64,000 nucleotides of DNA. Origin: a virus. Positions 47,801 to 54,619 of the stretch are shown here, piece by piece. The notes under the pieces are model-generated. The model did no database searches. It was not told the DNA's origin and was given only the letters and a program-made list of their open reading frames with translations. How positions within the stretch are numbered: the first letter of the stretch is position 1; the number at the start of each line of letters is the position of its first letter. The stretch lies in the IMG/VR virus record IMGVR_UViG_3300008050_007409; one strand, given 5' to 3'. A program made the translations under genes and the position numbers.

Positions 47801-47996
47801 GCACCTGCCAGGACTTCCCGCTTCGGATGGCCTTCTGCTGGTCCCGCAGGTCGGAGGCACTCTTGGTGTCCCTCACCTCGACGGAGTGGACCACCAGCTT
47901 GGAGTTCTTGGTCTCAACCTGGAGCGCCTCCTCGACAGCCTCCGAGACCTTCGCGGAGAGCGCCTCGAACTGCTGATCCGGATTGAGGTGGGGCAT
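41814..47996 (-). CDS. single-polypeptide multisubunit-type RNA polymerase (beta-beta' fusion)
   Basis: beta motifs DQTNPL, TPEG, YNFEDGI, GDKLVGRHGNKG, GGQSLGE, then beta' motifs PVLPP.FRP, YSGRSII, RDPSLH, YNADFDGD, HGARKG, GEPSVQL.LNTFHTGG. Confidence 0.97.
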   Translation of the reverse strand: MPHLNPDQQFEALSAKVSEAVEEALQVETKNSKLVVHSVEVRDTKSASDLRDQQKAIRSGKSWQVPIYADMSLMRKGRDGDMKEIDRKKVIVGHLPRTTDRFGYIHKGSEYQIFNQLRLRPGVYHRRSRDDKLYAEFNLGNHEALTGQEGRRGRSFKMEFDPKRALFLVHVGTSKMAAYPLLKSAGVSDDALERAWGKKLLERNKRYSKPERVYGKFYKAVHGSLPENPAEHAGLFAEHLARTEVDQQTTKRTLGKGFKSVDGDTLIESSKQLLSISRGDREPDNKSSMEFQSVNAAEDLISGRIRRDASTIQRKIRWNIDKRRNLKKVVPSGTVTPSIKKFFSQSLANEPDQTNPLGMLAGQTATTILGEQGGIANPFAVLDEAKLLNASQFGFLDPVRTPEGDKTGITLSLALGTEKKGDTVVSRFKNARTGRTEKLSPADTAGKVISFPDQYKGRKARGKRVKALRDGEITYVSPKEVDYILPSPRAVFGVSSNLVPFLQNNQGNRAMTAAKQAEQAVPLKEREAPLVQVQTDGDQSFEEIFGEYSARKAPIAGTVDQVRKDAVIIKDRKGKKHEVQFYRDFALPGGSLYDSEVKVKAGDKVAEGDLLVDSTFTKDGTLALGTNLRAAYIPFQGYNFEDGIVISETAAKKLTSLHVHPNQARLDKLAITERKKFLSQYPSDFDKDQLASIDDDGRIKIGSKVVEGDPLVLVLKPPTPSQQLKDIREFRRGRSRKFRNRSMTWDKPYPGVVSDVVRRSDGSIMVYVKTEEPAQIGDKLVGRHGNKGVITRIVPDAEMPFMDEDGENKHVEIALNPLGVPGRINLGQVLETAAGKVAEKTGETYRVRNFDGDTDYLAMVKKDLAALGLTDKESLINPKTGKPFDQDVLTGRQYIVKLKHQAGKKIAVRSGDPGAGWDVHHAPTGGAPHGGQSLGELGLYAMLAHGARDNLHEMYAYKSTRNDALWDAIRDNKRIPPAKVPFAYDKFENYLRSMRVNPVKEGSQISLMPFTEAQVRKMSSGKLTKPNRAVMGKDIKPEVGGIFDPATTGGLNGTKWSHIELAEPLPNPLFEEAVQKVLDIDKTRYRKILAGEVKVNGKVGGAAFEEMLKQVDVKKERAELEERAKRLKAGSRSKVHKRLRVFKMLEDNNLDPSIYMMRAVPVLPPVFRPPVVNDDGSLSNTDLNYLYKDLGTVNQTMTDAKKAGIPSYGLAEDRVAVYDALSALNGNGPSLTREYRGVLDIISGQTKSKDGSRKGRSKNGYFQKTLIKRRQAYSGRSIIIPEPHQGIDELGVPEKIAWGLYAPYVQRELVRMNWNPLDAREAINKKSVPAQKTLERVMKDRPILLKRDPSLHKFNVMAFKPRIVKGNALEIHPLVTSGYNADFDGDAMSVYLPVTSKAAREATQMFPSNNLFNPTDGSVMYTPGHEALLGMYLASKPGRKTSHAFKDMHDARRAKMQGKIKLTDQIKVGGDPTTLGRLEIEAVLPAEMRETGKKPVGKMRLMDKGGTKTILADIAKNHPDLYAEVSNRFKDIGNDHSYEIGFSIGLDDFQVVNKSQRDKMIDGAQREADRIRSTTKDKKKGKAKAIAHLQKVDDEIDRLSDLALRDNPTNIYEMVISGSRGKPEQLKQIISTPALVMDAKSRVVPFMIDRSYSEGMDLGSYWTTMHGARKGAVQKVQGVRDPGYLSKRINNTTMDQVVSKGDCGTTAGIKLDLDNRDLVDRYLSTSVKLDGKVHKAGSMVTPSVVAAARKSKRSDLPVRSPLRCRAKNGVCQKCLGLNEMGKESDIGTNIGVIAGQAVGEPSVQLSLNTFHTGGIAKGRSARSANTFQTLNNLLTLPKNLPDSAPLAERGGKVSTVRQAPQGGWDVEIGGKKHYVRGDHELMVRRGQEVRKGDALSDGVVDPRKLLELRDVEDVQDLMSDEIESVLHNNAAKVKRRNIEVIVRAITNLAEVDDPGDNPDWSPGDFRRISEIKHWNDVSGPSKKDVRYTPTLKGVGQMPLAMQEDWMARLNFQKLNDTMERAVREGWKSDIHGYHPIPAAAHASEFGKGEEVLGKDWAGQY

Positions 47997-48066
47997 GTTG
48001 ATCCAGAGAAGAGGGTGCCGTCATTCTGGCATAAGAGCCATGAAAGTAACCTGGAGGAAGAAGCCT

Positions 48067-48198
48067 ATGGGCAAGGACAAGGACCCCCGCGAGGAGTCCA
48101 AGAAGCGTTTCGGCAAGCTCAACGACCGGATCACCAAGAACCTGTACCCCGACAAGGACGACAGGGACAAGGACGACAAGGACAAGGGCGGCCGATGA
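48067..48198 (+). CDS. small charged protein
   Basis: GGAGG RBS; CATAAG promoter motif at 48030; typical codons. Confidence 0.6.
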   Translation: MGKDKDPREESKKRFGKLNDRITKNLYPDKDDRDKDDKDKGGR

Positions 48199-48257
48199 TC
48201 TACTGCTTCATGTGGGGCGTCGCCGTCGGCGTCGCTTTCGGCATCGCCGACAGCTGA
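48195..48257 (+). CDS. 20-aa hydrophobic peptide
   Basis: ATGA coupling; MIYCFMWGVAVGVAFGIADS. Confidence 0.4.
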   Translation: MIYCFMWGVAVGVAFGIADS

Positions 48258-50177
48258 TCAGATCCCCGCGCCACCTGCGCGACGTGGAGGACGCTGCTCT
48301 GGGAGCGGCTGCTGCTCCAAGGCGGTCATGACCGCCATCTTCTGCTGGACCAGCTCAGAGAGCCTCGGGCTCTGCTGCGCCATGTTCTGCAGGTAGCCGG
48401 CCCTCTCCTGGTCCGGCATCCGCGAAAGCCTCTTCGCGAGGGCCTCAGCGTAATCGATGAGGTTGACCCCGCCGCCCTGAGGCGGCTGACCGGCTGCGGG
48501 GTTTCCTTCGGGTGTAGGTCCGGGCTGCGCGGCCATCCCCTGCGGGTGCTGCATGCCAGGCATGCCACCCTTCTCCTGCATCTTCTTCTGGGCCTCCTGC
48601 ATCTTCTTCTGGGCTTCGATCTGGTACTTGGTCTGGATCTGCTGCATCTCGCCCTGGATCTCAGCCTTGTAGAGCGAGTCGAGCTTGGCCACCTCGAGGT
48701 TGCGCCTGAGCTCCGTCTCGATGAGCCTCGTCTCGTCCAGGGCGTCCTTGTCGAACTCGGACAGCAGGGTCTTGTCGCTGATCTTCTTGAGCTGGTTGAG
48801 GCTCATGAGCAGCTGCTTGGACTGGAGGTCATCCGCCATCTTGAAGGCCTTCATGTGGGCCTTGGGCTGCTTCCAGGACATGAAGCGGGCGATGTTGGGC
48901 AGCAGGAAGTGGTTGAGGAAGCGGTGGTGCTCCTCCCGGTAGTTCAGGAACCGGTTCTCCAGCATCCGGAGGGTCACGCTCGACCCGGTCCAGCTCATGC
49001 CTCCGAAGACGAACTCCTGCGGAGCTCCCATGCCGGTGATGATGTGCTCAGACCAGACCCGGATCTCCTGGGTCGGCATGAGGGACCGGCCGTCGCCGCC
49101 GATGCGAGTGTGCCCGATGGGCAGCGGCATGATCGGCTTGTAGTTCGGGTCCTGCCGCCAGCGCTTCAGCTCCACCTCGACCCGACGCTTCCAGTCGGAC
49201 AGGTTGACCATCGTGTACGGGCTGGCGTTCGGATCCTGTGTCGAGGGGAACAGAACGTCGAGCGGGACCAGGTGCTCGAGCATGACGGCCTCGTTGGCCT
49301 TCTTGAGCACCTGCAGGTAGAAGCTGTCCTTCAAGGCCGGCAGGATCGGCGGGTAGGCCCAACCGGAGTCGTTGTCCTGCACCGAGGGCGTCGGCGCCTT
49401 GAAGTGGTAGAGGTTCCGCTCGACGAGCTCGATCGGGCGGCGAGTCTTCATCGCCTTGATGAAGGAGTCCGGCATCTCCTCGAGGTAGTGCCGGTGCTTG
49501 GTCAGAACCCGCTTCCTGATCCGCGCCGGGATGTTGTAGTAGTACCGGGTCCGCTGGGTGATCGGGTTGAAGTCGATGTCGACGTCAGACGGGTTCCACC
49601 GCAGGAGCTTGATGTCCCGGTAGGAGTGGTACCACTTGTCGTCGACCTTGGCGGGGCCGTTGTGGAAGCACGTCGGGCAGTTCAGCGTGTACTTCCAGCT
49701 GGAGAAGTCCCACTGGACCTTGAACTTCAGCCTCTTGATCCGCTTGCTGAATCCGCAGTTCCTGCACGTCAGGTACTTGTGGAACGGGTAGACGATCGAC
49801 ACCAGGCAGTTGCCGTAGGCGTGGTAGTCGAGGCCGGCCTCGACCTGGAAGCGGTGGATGTCCAGGACGTTGTAGAGGAGGTCCTCCCACCGCTTCTTCT
49901 GGTGATCGAAGCCCTCTCGCTCGTCGTAGTCGAGGATCACCCGCGTGATCGGGTACTCCGCCATCTTGCGGATCACCGCACTGATCAGCGGGTTGGCCAG
50001 GGCGTGGTAGCGGCACCACCGGAACAGGTGCTTGACCGTGCTCGGCAGGTCCATGTGCGCCACGTCCCACCAGGGGGACGGGTAGCGGAAGTTGGACGTG
50101 CGCCCGTCCAAGTTCCCATGCTTGTAGCCTGAGAACCTGAAAGAGCTGCCTGGTCCGAACGTGCCGCCGAGAGCCAT
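48258..50177 (-). CDS. portal protein
   Basis: LFRWCRY...PLISAVIRKMAEYPIT, LDYHAYGNCLVS, YHFKAP, W.YPPILPALK, I..GMGAPQEFVFGG.SWTGSSV.LRMLEN. Confidence 0.85.
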   Translation of the reverse strand: MALGGTFGPGSSFRFSGYKHGNLDGRTSNFRYPSPWWDVAHMDLPSTVKHLFRWCRYHALANPLISAVIRKMAEYPITRVILDYDEREGFDHQKKRWEDLLYNVLDIHRFQVEAGLDYHAYGNCLVSIVYPFHKYLTCRNCGFSKRIKRLKFKVQWDFSSWKYTLNCPTCFHNGPAKVDDKWYHSYRDIKLLRWNPSDVDIDFNPITQRTRYYYNIPARIRKRVLTKHRHYLEEMPDSFIKAMKTRRPIELVERNLYHFKAPTPSVQDNDSGWAYPPILPALKDSFYLQVLKKANEAVMLEHLVPLDVLFPSTQDPNASPYTMVNLSDWKRRVEVELKRWRQDPNYKPIMPLPIGHTRIGGDGRSLMPTQEIRVWSEHIITGMGAPQEFVFGGMSWTGSSVTLRMLENRFLNYREEHHRFLNHFLLPNIARFMSWKQPKAHMKAFKMADDLQSKQLLMSLNQLKKISDKTLLSEFDKDALDETRLIETELRRNLEVAKLDSLYKAEIQGEMQQIQTKYQIEAQKKMQEAQKKMQEKGGMPGMQHPQGMAAQPGPTPEGNPAAGQPPQGGGVNLIDYAEALAKRLSRMPDQERAGYLQNMAQQSPRLSELVQQKMAVMTALEQQPLPEQRPPRRAGGAGI

Positions 50178-50183
50178 GAACGT

Positions 50184-50981
50184 CTACCCCTGCACCCTAC
50201 GGGCTGTGATCTTGGTGGAGGGTGTCTTCTTGGACTTGCCTCGGATCTTCTTCTTCTGATCCTGCATCTTCTTGATGGCGTAGACGCTCCCCGCGGGGAT
50301 GGCAGCGTAGGTGCCGAAGGCGAGTCCGGTGCGGCCCAGGTACTTGGGGATGCGCTTCATCCCGGCCTTCCGGGCAACCATGCGAGCTCCTCGAGCTGTC
50401 GCCCGAGCCTCCTCTGCCACCATTGGCGCCTGACTGGCTGCGGAGATCCCGGTGATCGCCTGCCCCTCTCGGATCGCCTTGAGACGCTCCTCCTTGGACA
50501 TGTTCCCCTTGTCGCGGGTAGCTCTGTGGATCCCCACACCAGTCCCGAGTAGGGAGGGGATCATCATCAGCTTGCTCGCCTGGTAGGCGCGGGTGTTGTG
50601 CATGACCTTGTTCCCCGTCGCGTGCCCAGCTTCATGGGCCAGGGCGTCGAGGCTCATGTTCTTGGGGCCGATGACGGAGTTGGGCTTCAGTCCCATCCGC
50701 TTGAGCTGTTCGGCCTGGGAAGTGGTCAGGTTCTTCCGCTTCGTGATGTAGGCCGGAGAGCCGTACTCGCCGCGCTCTACGCCCTTGGCCTTCAGCTTGG
50801 CCTCGATGGCGTCGATGGCCTTCTGGTCCTTCTCGGTGGACCTTCCCAGAGCTTTCAGGGCTGCCACGCCGACGCCCGTCTGTCCGAGGAGGGACAGGAG
50901 GGGGATCTTCGCTGGATGGCTCAGAGAATCGTCAGCGGCGATCTTGGCCAGCTCCAGACCGAAGTAGTCCAGAACGTCCAT
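50184..50981 (-). CDS. tagged putative zinc metallopeptidase
   Basis: FGLELAKIA tag; LAHEAGHA and downstream EEARA. Confidence 0.65.
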   Translation of the reverse strand: MDVLDYFGLELAKIAADDSLSHPAKIPLLSLLGQTGVGVAALKALGRSTEKDQKAIDAIEAKLKAKGVERGEYGSPAYITKRKNLTTSQAEQLKRMGLKPNSVIGPKNMSLDALAHEAGHATGNKVMHNTRAYQASKLMMIPSLLGTGVGIHRATRDKGNMSKEERLKAIREGQAITGISAASQAPMVAEEARATARGARMVARKAGMKRIPKYLGRTGLAFGTYAAIPAGSVYAIKKMQDQKKKIRGKSKKTPSTKITARRVQG

Positions 50982-50983
50982 GA

Positions 50984-51376
50984 TCAGTAGCCCCCACCCG
51001 ACTTCTTCTTCTTCTTCTTCTCGGAGCCACCGCGAGCCTGGGCCAGCTCCAGCTTGTGTCGAGCCTCTATGATCTTCTGCTTCTGGGTCTTGTTCTTGCC
51101 GTGAGCCAGGTAGGCGCCGGCGGCGCCGCCGACGCCCGCACCCACGAAACTCAGCGGGTTGATACGCCCGCCTCCGACCGCGGTACCGAGGTAGCCGCCG
51201 GCGATCTGACCTCCCAAGGCACCACCCCAGGAGCGGGCCCTCTTGCCCTTCTCAGCACCGACAGGGGCTCCGAGGGCAAGGATGCCGGGGATGGCACCGC
51301 CGACGGCTGCGCCTTCGCGAGAGCCGGCGATCTTGGTGAGTTCATCGTTGAACGCGAGGAAGAGTCGAGGGTTCAC
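50984..51376 (-). CDS. tagged glycine-zipper protein
   Basis: AFNDELTKIA followed by GxxxG hydrophobic segments. Confidence 0.65.
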   Translation of the reverse strand: MNPRLFLAFNDELTKIAGSREGAAVGGAIPGILALGAPVGAEKGKRARSWGGALGGQIAGGYLGTAVGGGRINPLSFVGAGVGGAAGAYLAHGKNKTQKQKIIEARHKLELAQARGGSEKKKKKKSGGGY

Positions 51377-52023
51377 AGCTGGAGCTCCTTGATCTGCTGA
51401 TCGATGAGGCGATTGTAGCCTGCCAGCGTCTCTCGGACACTGATCACGTTGTTGACCTGGACGTCGACGAAGTCCTGGGGATCTTGAATCATTCCGCTGG
51501 ACCTGTCCAGCCGAGCTCGCACAGCATCGTGGTCTCGGACGATCCGCCGACCACGATCATACTCATCCAGCTCGTGTTGGAGGATGTCAAGGGGCTCCTC
51601 CAGGAACCATGTAGCATCCTCCAGGCAGCAGGACAGGGCGTAGCCCGTGACCTCGCCTGAGAACTCGTGCTCCTTGATCAGGGCAGCGGTGGTCAGGATG
51701 ACTGCGATGCTCTCCGCCTCCAGAGGCTGGAAGTGCGAGAAGACTGGGATCTCCCCCACCAGAGCCAGGCCACAGTTCTCGAAGATCTCCATGTGGAGCC
51801 AGAAGCCGTCGTGCCCCGCCATGATCCTGGCAGCCTGGATGCGTTCCCAGGTCAGCGGTCCGGGATCTCCCCACCGCTCGCCCAGCTCCAAGCGCAAAGC
51901 GACCGAGTCCCAGGCGAGGAACTCAGGTCCGAGCTCCCTCAGCAGGAACTTCAGCAGCGGGTAGAGGTGCAGTCCGCGCTCGTCGTCGAGCAGCCGCACC
52001 CGCCTGGCGACGGCTTGGGTCAT
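51373..52023 (-). CDS. hypothetical virion-module protein
   Basis: ATGA-coupled ORF. Confidence 0.65.
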   Translation of the reverse strand: MTQAVARRVRLLDDERGLHLYPLLKFLLRELGPEFLAWDSVALRLELGERWGDPGPLTWERIQAARIMAGHDGFWLHMEIFENCGLALVGEIPVFSHFQPLEAESIAVILTTAALIKEHEFSGEVTGYALSCCLEDATWFLEEPLDILQHELDEYDRGRRIVRDHDAVRARLDRSSGMIQDPQDFVDVQVNNVISVRETLAGYNRLIDQQIKELQL

Positions 52024-52316
52024 GTGTTCAAGAGTCCCTGTAGACGGCGGTCCTCCATGGACTTGTACCTGTCGGTGATCTTCTTGGAAGCCCCCATGTT
52101 GCGAGACCTGACGGAGTGCCAAGAAGCTCGGTCGAGTGCCTGGGCAGCTGGCTTCACGTTGGGCTTCACTCCAGCCCCGCCGTGGGCGCGGGCCATGGAC
52201 CGCCAGCTCATGGACTCGTGAGGCCGTACCGACTTCAAGAACGACTTCGCCCTGGCGTTCATCGTCCCGATCTTCTCGAGCTCGTCAGAGAAGGCGTGCA
52301 TCAGAAGCGGGTTCAT
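52020..52316 (-). CDS. small tagged basic protein
   Basis: AFSDELEKIG at the N-terminus. Confidence 0.65.
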   Translation of the reverse strand: MNPLLMHAFSDELEKIGTMNARAKSFLKSVRPHESMSWRSMARAHGGAGVKPNVKPAAQALDRASWHSVRSRNMGASKKITDRYKSMEDRRLQGLLNT

Positions 52317-52318
52317 GG

Positions 52319-53440
52319 TCAGCTCCGAGCCTCGGTGGCGAGGCGGGCCAGGGTCACCTTGTCAGGAGCAGGCATCGAGTTGAAGACGGCGACTGGGTTC
52401 TTGCAGAAGCCCTGCCGGACCTTGGCGCCGAAGGCCTGCTCGACGAGCTCGGGGCACTTCTCGGCCAGGTGGCAGATGTCGGCGTCGGTGGTGCGCTCGA
52501 CGCCGGCCTTCAGGATCTTGCTGGGGGCGTCACTCGACGCCGTCTTGCTCATCCCGAACTGGGTCGGACGCATGAAGAACGTCGAGTACCAGGGATCGGG
52601 GATGTGGCTGTTCCAGGCCTTGTCCAGTCCGCAGTCCCGGTCGAAGGTCTCCAAGGTCTGGGCGAAGGTCTCCGGATCCAGGTGATCCTTCGCGGCGGCC
52701 ACCTTCTCCAGGAGGGACACGGCGTCCGGGTCGTTCATGTCCATGAGGTAGTGGTGCCGCACGTCGATGAAGGCCTGGAGCTGGTCGCTGTACCCAGGGC
52801 TGGCGTAGCTGGCGATGCCCGCGCCTACCGGCAGCCCTGCACGACCCTTCGCCGCGGCCGTCTTGACGGCGAACTCCCGGCGCTGGCGGAAGGTGAACTT
52901 GTGCTTCTCGGTGTCGAAGTACTTCTCGGCCGCCTCGGCGTTCTCGGCGTCCTTCAGCGGGTAGAGCTTCTCTCCGCTGGCGGTCTCCTCGAGGGCGTAC
53001 TGCACCTCGGCCCGAGCGTCGGCGTCCTGCGTGGTCGGTCGGATGACCGCGGCGGGGCGATGGCGGGAGATGTCGACGACGTTGGTGGCGATGTCCTCGC
53101 TCTCGGCCAGCTTCTCGATCAGATCCGTGACCGGCATCCCGTAGGACTCCATGGCCATCTTGAGCATGACCGCCGCCGTCTTCTGCGCATCTCCGGGCAG
53201 AGCCTCGTGGGTGCCGTGGAAGTAGACCGAGCTCAGCCAGGCGTTCCCGGCGTCGCTGATCGGGTAGCGGGGGATGGTCTTGTCGCCGTCCACCATGACC
53301 ACTGCGAACTGGTTGGGGTGAGCGTCGCGTGAGACCGCGGAGGCGGTCTTGACGAAGTCGGGGATCAGGCTCTGATCAGGGATCAGCTCCTTGAGAGTCC
53401 CGCCCATGTCGTCGTAGAAGTCGAGGACAGCAGCGCGCAT
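52319..53440 (-). CDS. head-associated protein (KxA motifs)
   Basis: VKTAS, QKTAA, EKVAA, SKTAS; repeated YP(I/L).DA..A..YF unit. Confidence 0.7.
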   Translation of the reverse strand: MRAAVLDFYDDMGGTLKELIPDQSLIPDFVKTASAVSRDAHPNQFAVVMVDGDKTIPRYPISDAGNAWLSSVYFHGTHEALPGDAQKTAAVMLKMAMESYGMPVTDLIEKLAESEDIATNVVDISRHRPAAVIRPTTQDADARAEVQYALEETASGEKLYPLKDAENAEAAEKYFDTEKHKFTFRQRREFAVKTAAAKGRAGLPVGAGIASYASPGYSDQLQAFIDVRHHYLMDMNDPDAVSLLEKVAAAKDHLDPETFAQTLETFDRDCGLDKAWNSHIPDPWYSTFFMRPTQFGMSKTASSDAPSKILKAGVERTTDADICHLAEKCPELVEQAFGAKVRQGFCKNPVAVFNSMPAPDKVTLARLATEARS

Positions 53441-53537
53441 CAGGTGTCTCCGGGAGAGCAGGATCTTCAGTCTACCTCGTATAAGAGGTCGACACGCACC
53501 CATAGCATCCAGCAGCCTCAGGAGGCGAGTAGATCCA

Positions 53538-53975
53538 ATGAGCAGTAGTAACCAGAGCCTGTACCATCAGCTCCTGAAGAGGTCCAAGAGCGGAAGCTCC
53601 GAAGACAGCTCCAGCAAGGGCGGACGGTACGGGTTCGGAGGGTCCAAGGGTGGGGGCGGCCGCTTCCACGGGACCACCAAGAAGAAGAAGAGTCAGGGGC
53701 AGGATCGAGAGAGGTCCAGGGACCGCGAGCATGCGGAACCTGTGATCCGCGAAGGGCGGGTCCTGCGAGCAGACGACACCGACAGGGACCTGGCGTACAG
53801 GCCCCCCGCACCGCGCCAGGATCAGGCCATCACCTGGCGTCCGCCCACCTTCGCCGACATCATGGTCGACCTGGGACTCCGCATCGTCGAGGTGGGCATC
53901 GCCTCCATGGCGCAGGAGATCGCCTACTTCTTCACCCGCCGCCGGTTCATGCCCAAGTACCTCCGGCAGGGTTGA
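53538..53975 (+). CDS. hypothetical protein
   Basis: AGGAGG RBS; TATAAG at 53480. Confidence 0.7.
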   Translation: MSSSNQSLYHQLLKRSKSGSSEDSSSKGGRYGFGGSKGGGGRFHGTTKKKKSQGQDRERSRDREHAEPVIREGRVLRADDTDRDLAYRPPAPRQDQAITWRPPTFADIMVDLGLRIVEVGIASMAQEIAYFFTRRRFMPKYLRQG

Positions 53976-54028
53976 TGGATCGCTCCGATTCTGATAGCAC
54001 ATAGTATCACCCGCTATCAGGAGTCGGA

Positions 54029-54211
54029 GTGGCTGACAAGGAAGACCCTTACGTCCCGATGATGGCGTACCCACGACAGTCCCAGAAGGACTGGCTGGAC
54101 GAGCTCAACAAGAAGACGCGGGTCCCTACGGCTGCCCGTGTCCGAGAAGCTCTCGACCTCTTGAAGGAGAAGCACTCGCCCCAGACCGTGAAGCCTCAGG
54201 AACAGGGGTAG
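54029..54211 (+). CDS. ribbon-helix-helix DNA-binding protein
   Basis: Y....QKDWLDELNKKTRVPTAARVREALDLL. Confidence 0.7.
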   Translation: MADKEDPYVPMMAYPRQSQKDWLDELNKKTRVPTAARVREALDLLKEKHSPQTVKPQEQG

Positions 54212-54217
54212 ACGACT

Positions 54218-54619
54218 GTGCTGGGGCCACTGATCTGCAAGCTCAGGAAGCGTCTGCCGCACTACGCGAAGGCGTCGAGGTTCGCCTCGGCCCTTGGATG
54301 CACCCGTGAGCACTATCGACGGATCGAGGCGGGGACCGGATTCCCTTCTCGGGCCTTGATGACGCGGATCATCGCAGAGTTGGAGGTCGGCGACGACCAA
54401 GCTGACGGCCTCTGGATTGCCTGGGGCCTGTCGAGCATCCCGAAGGGGGTGAGCGGCAACCTCCTGGTCCTGCGACGGGACCAGGCGGGACTTCAGACCA
54501 CCCAGGCCGTCCTCGAGGAGCTCCTCCTCATGTACGACCTGAGCCCCGAAGACGGAGAAGACTTGAAGAAGATCATCACTGAGACCTTGACGAAGGAGGA
54601 GACCCTGTGGCGCGCCTGA
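54218..54619 (+). CDS. XRE-family HTH protein
   Basis: FASALGCTREHYRRIEAG..FPS. Confidence 0.7.
   Translation: MLGPLICKLRKRLPHYAKASRFASALGCTREHYRRIEAGTGFPSRALMTRIIAELEVGDDQADGLWIAWGLSSIPKGVSGNLLVLRRDQAGLQTTQAVLEELLLMYDLSPEDGEDLKKIITETLTKEETLWRA

Noticed and set aside
41814-47996. Host rpoBC contamination or chromosomal locus
   Set aside because: No ribosomal protein gene context, heavily reduced and divergent, and translationally coupled to a phage baseplate gene.
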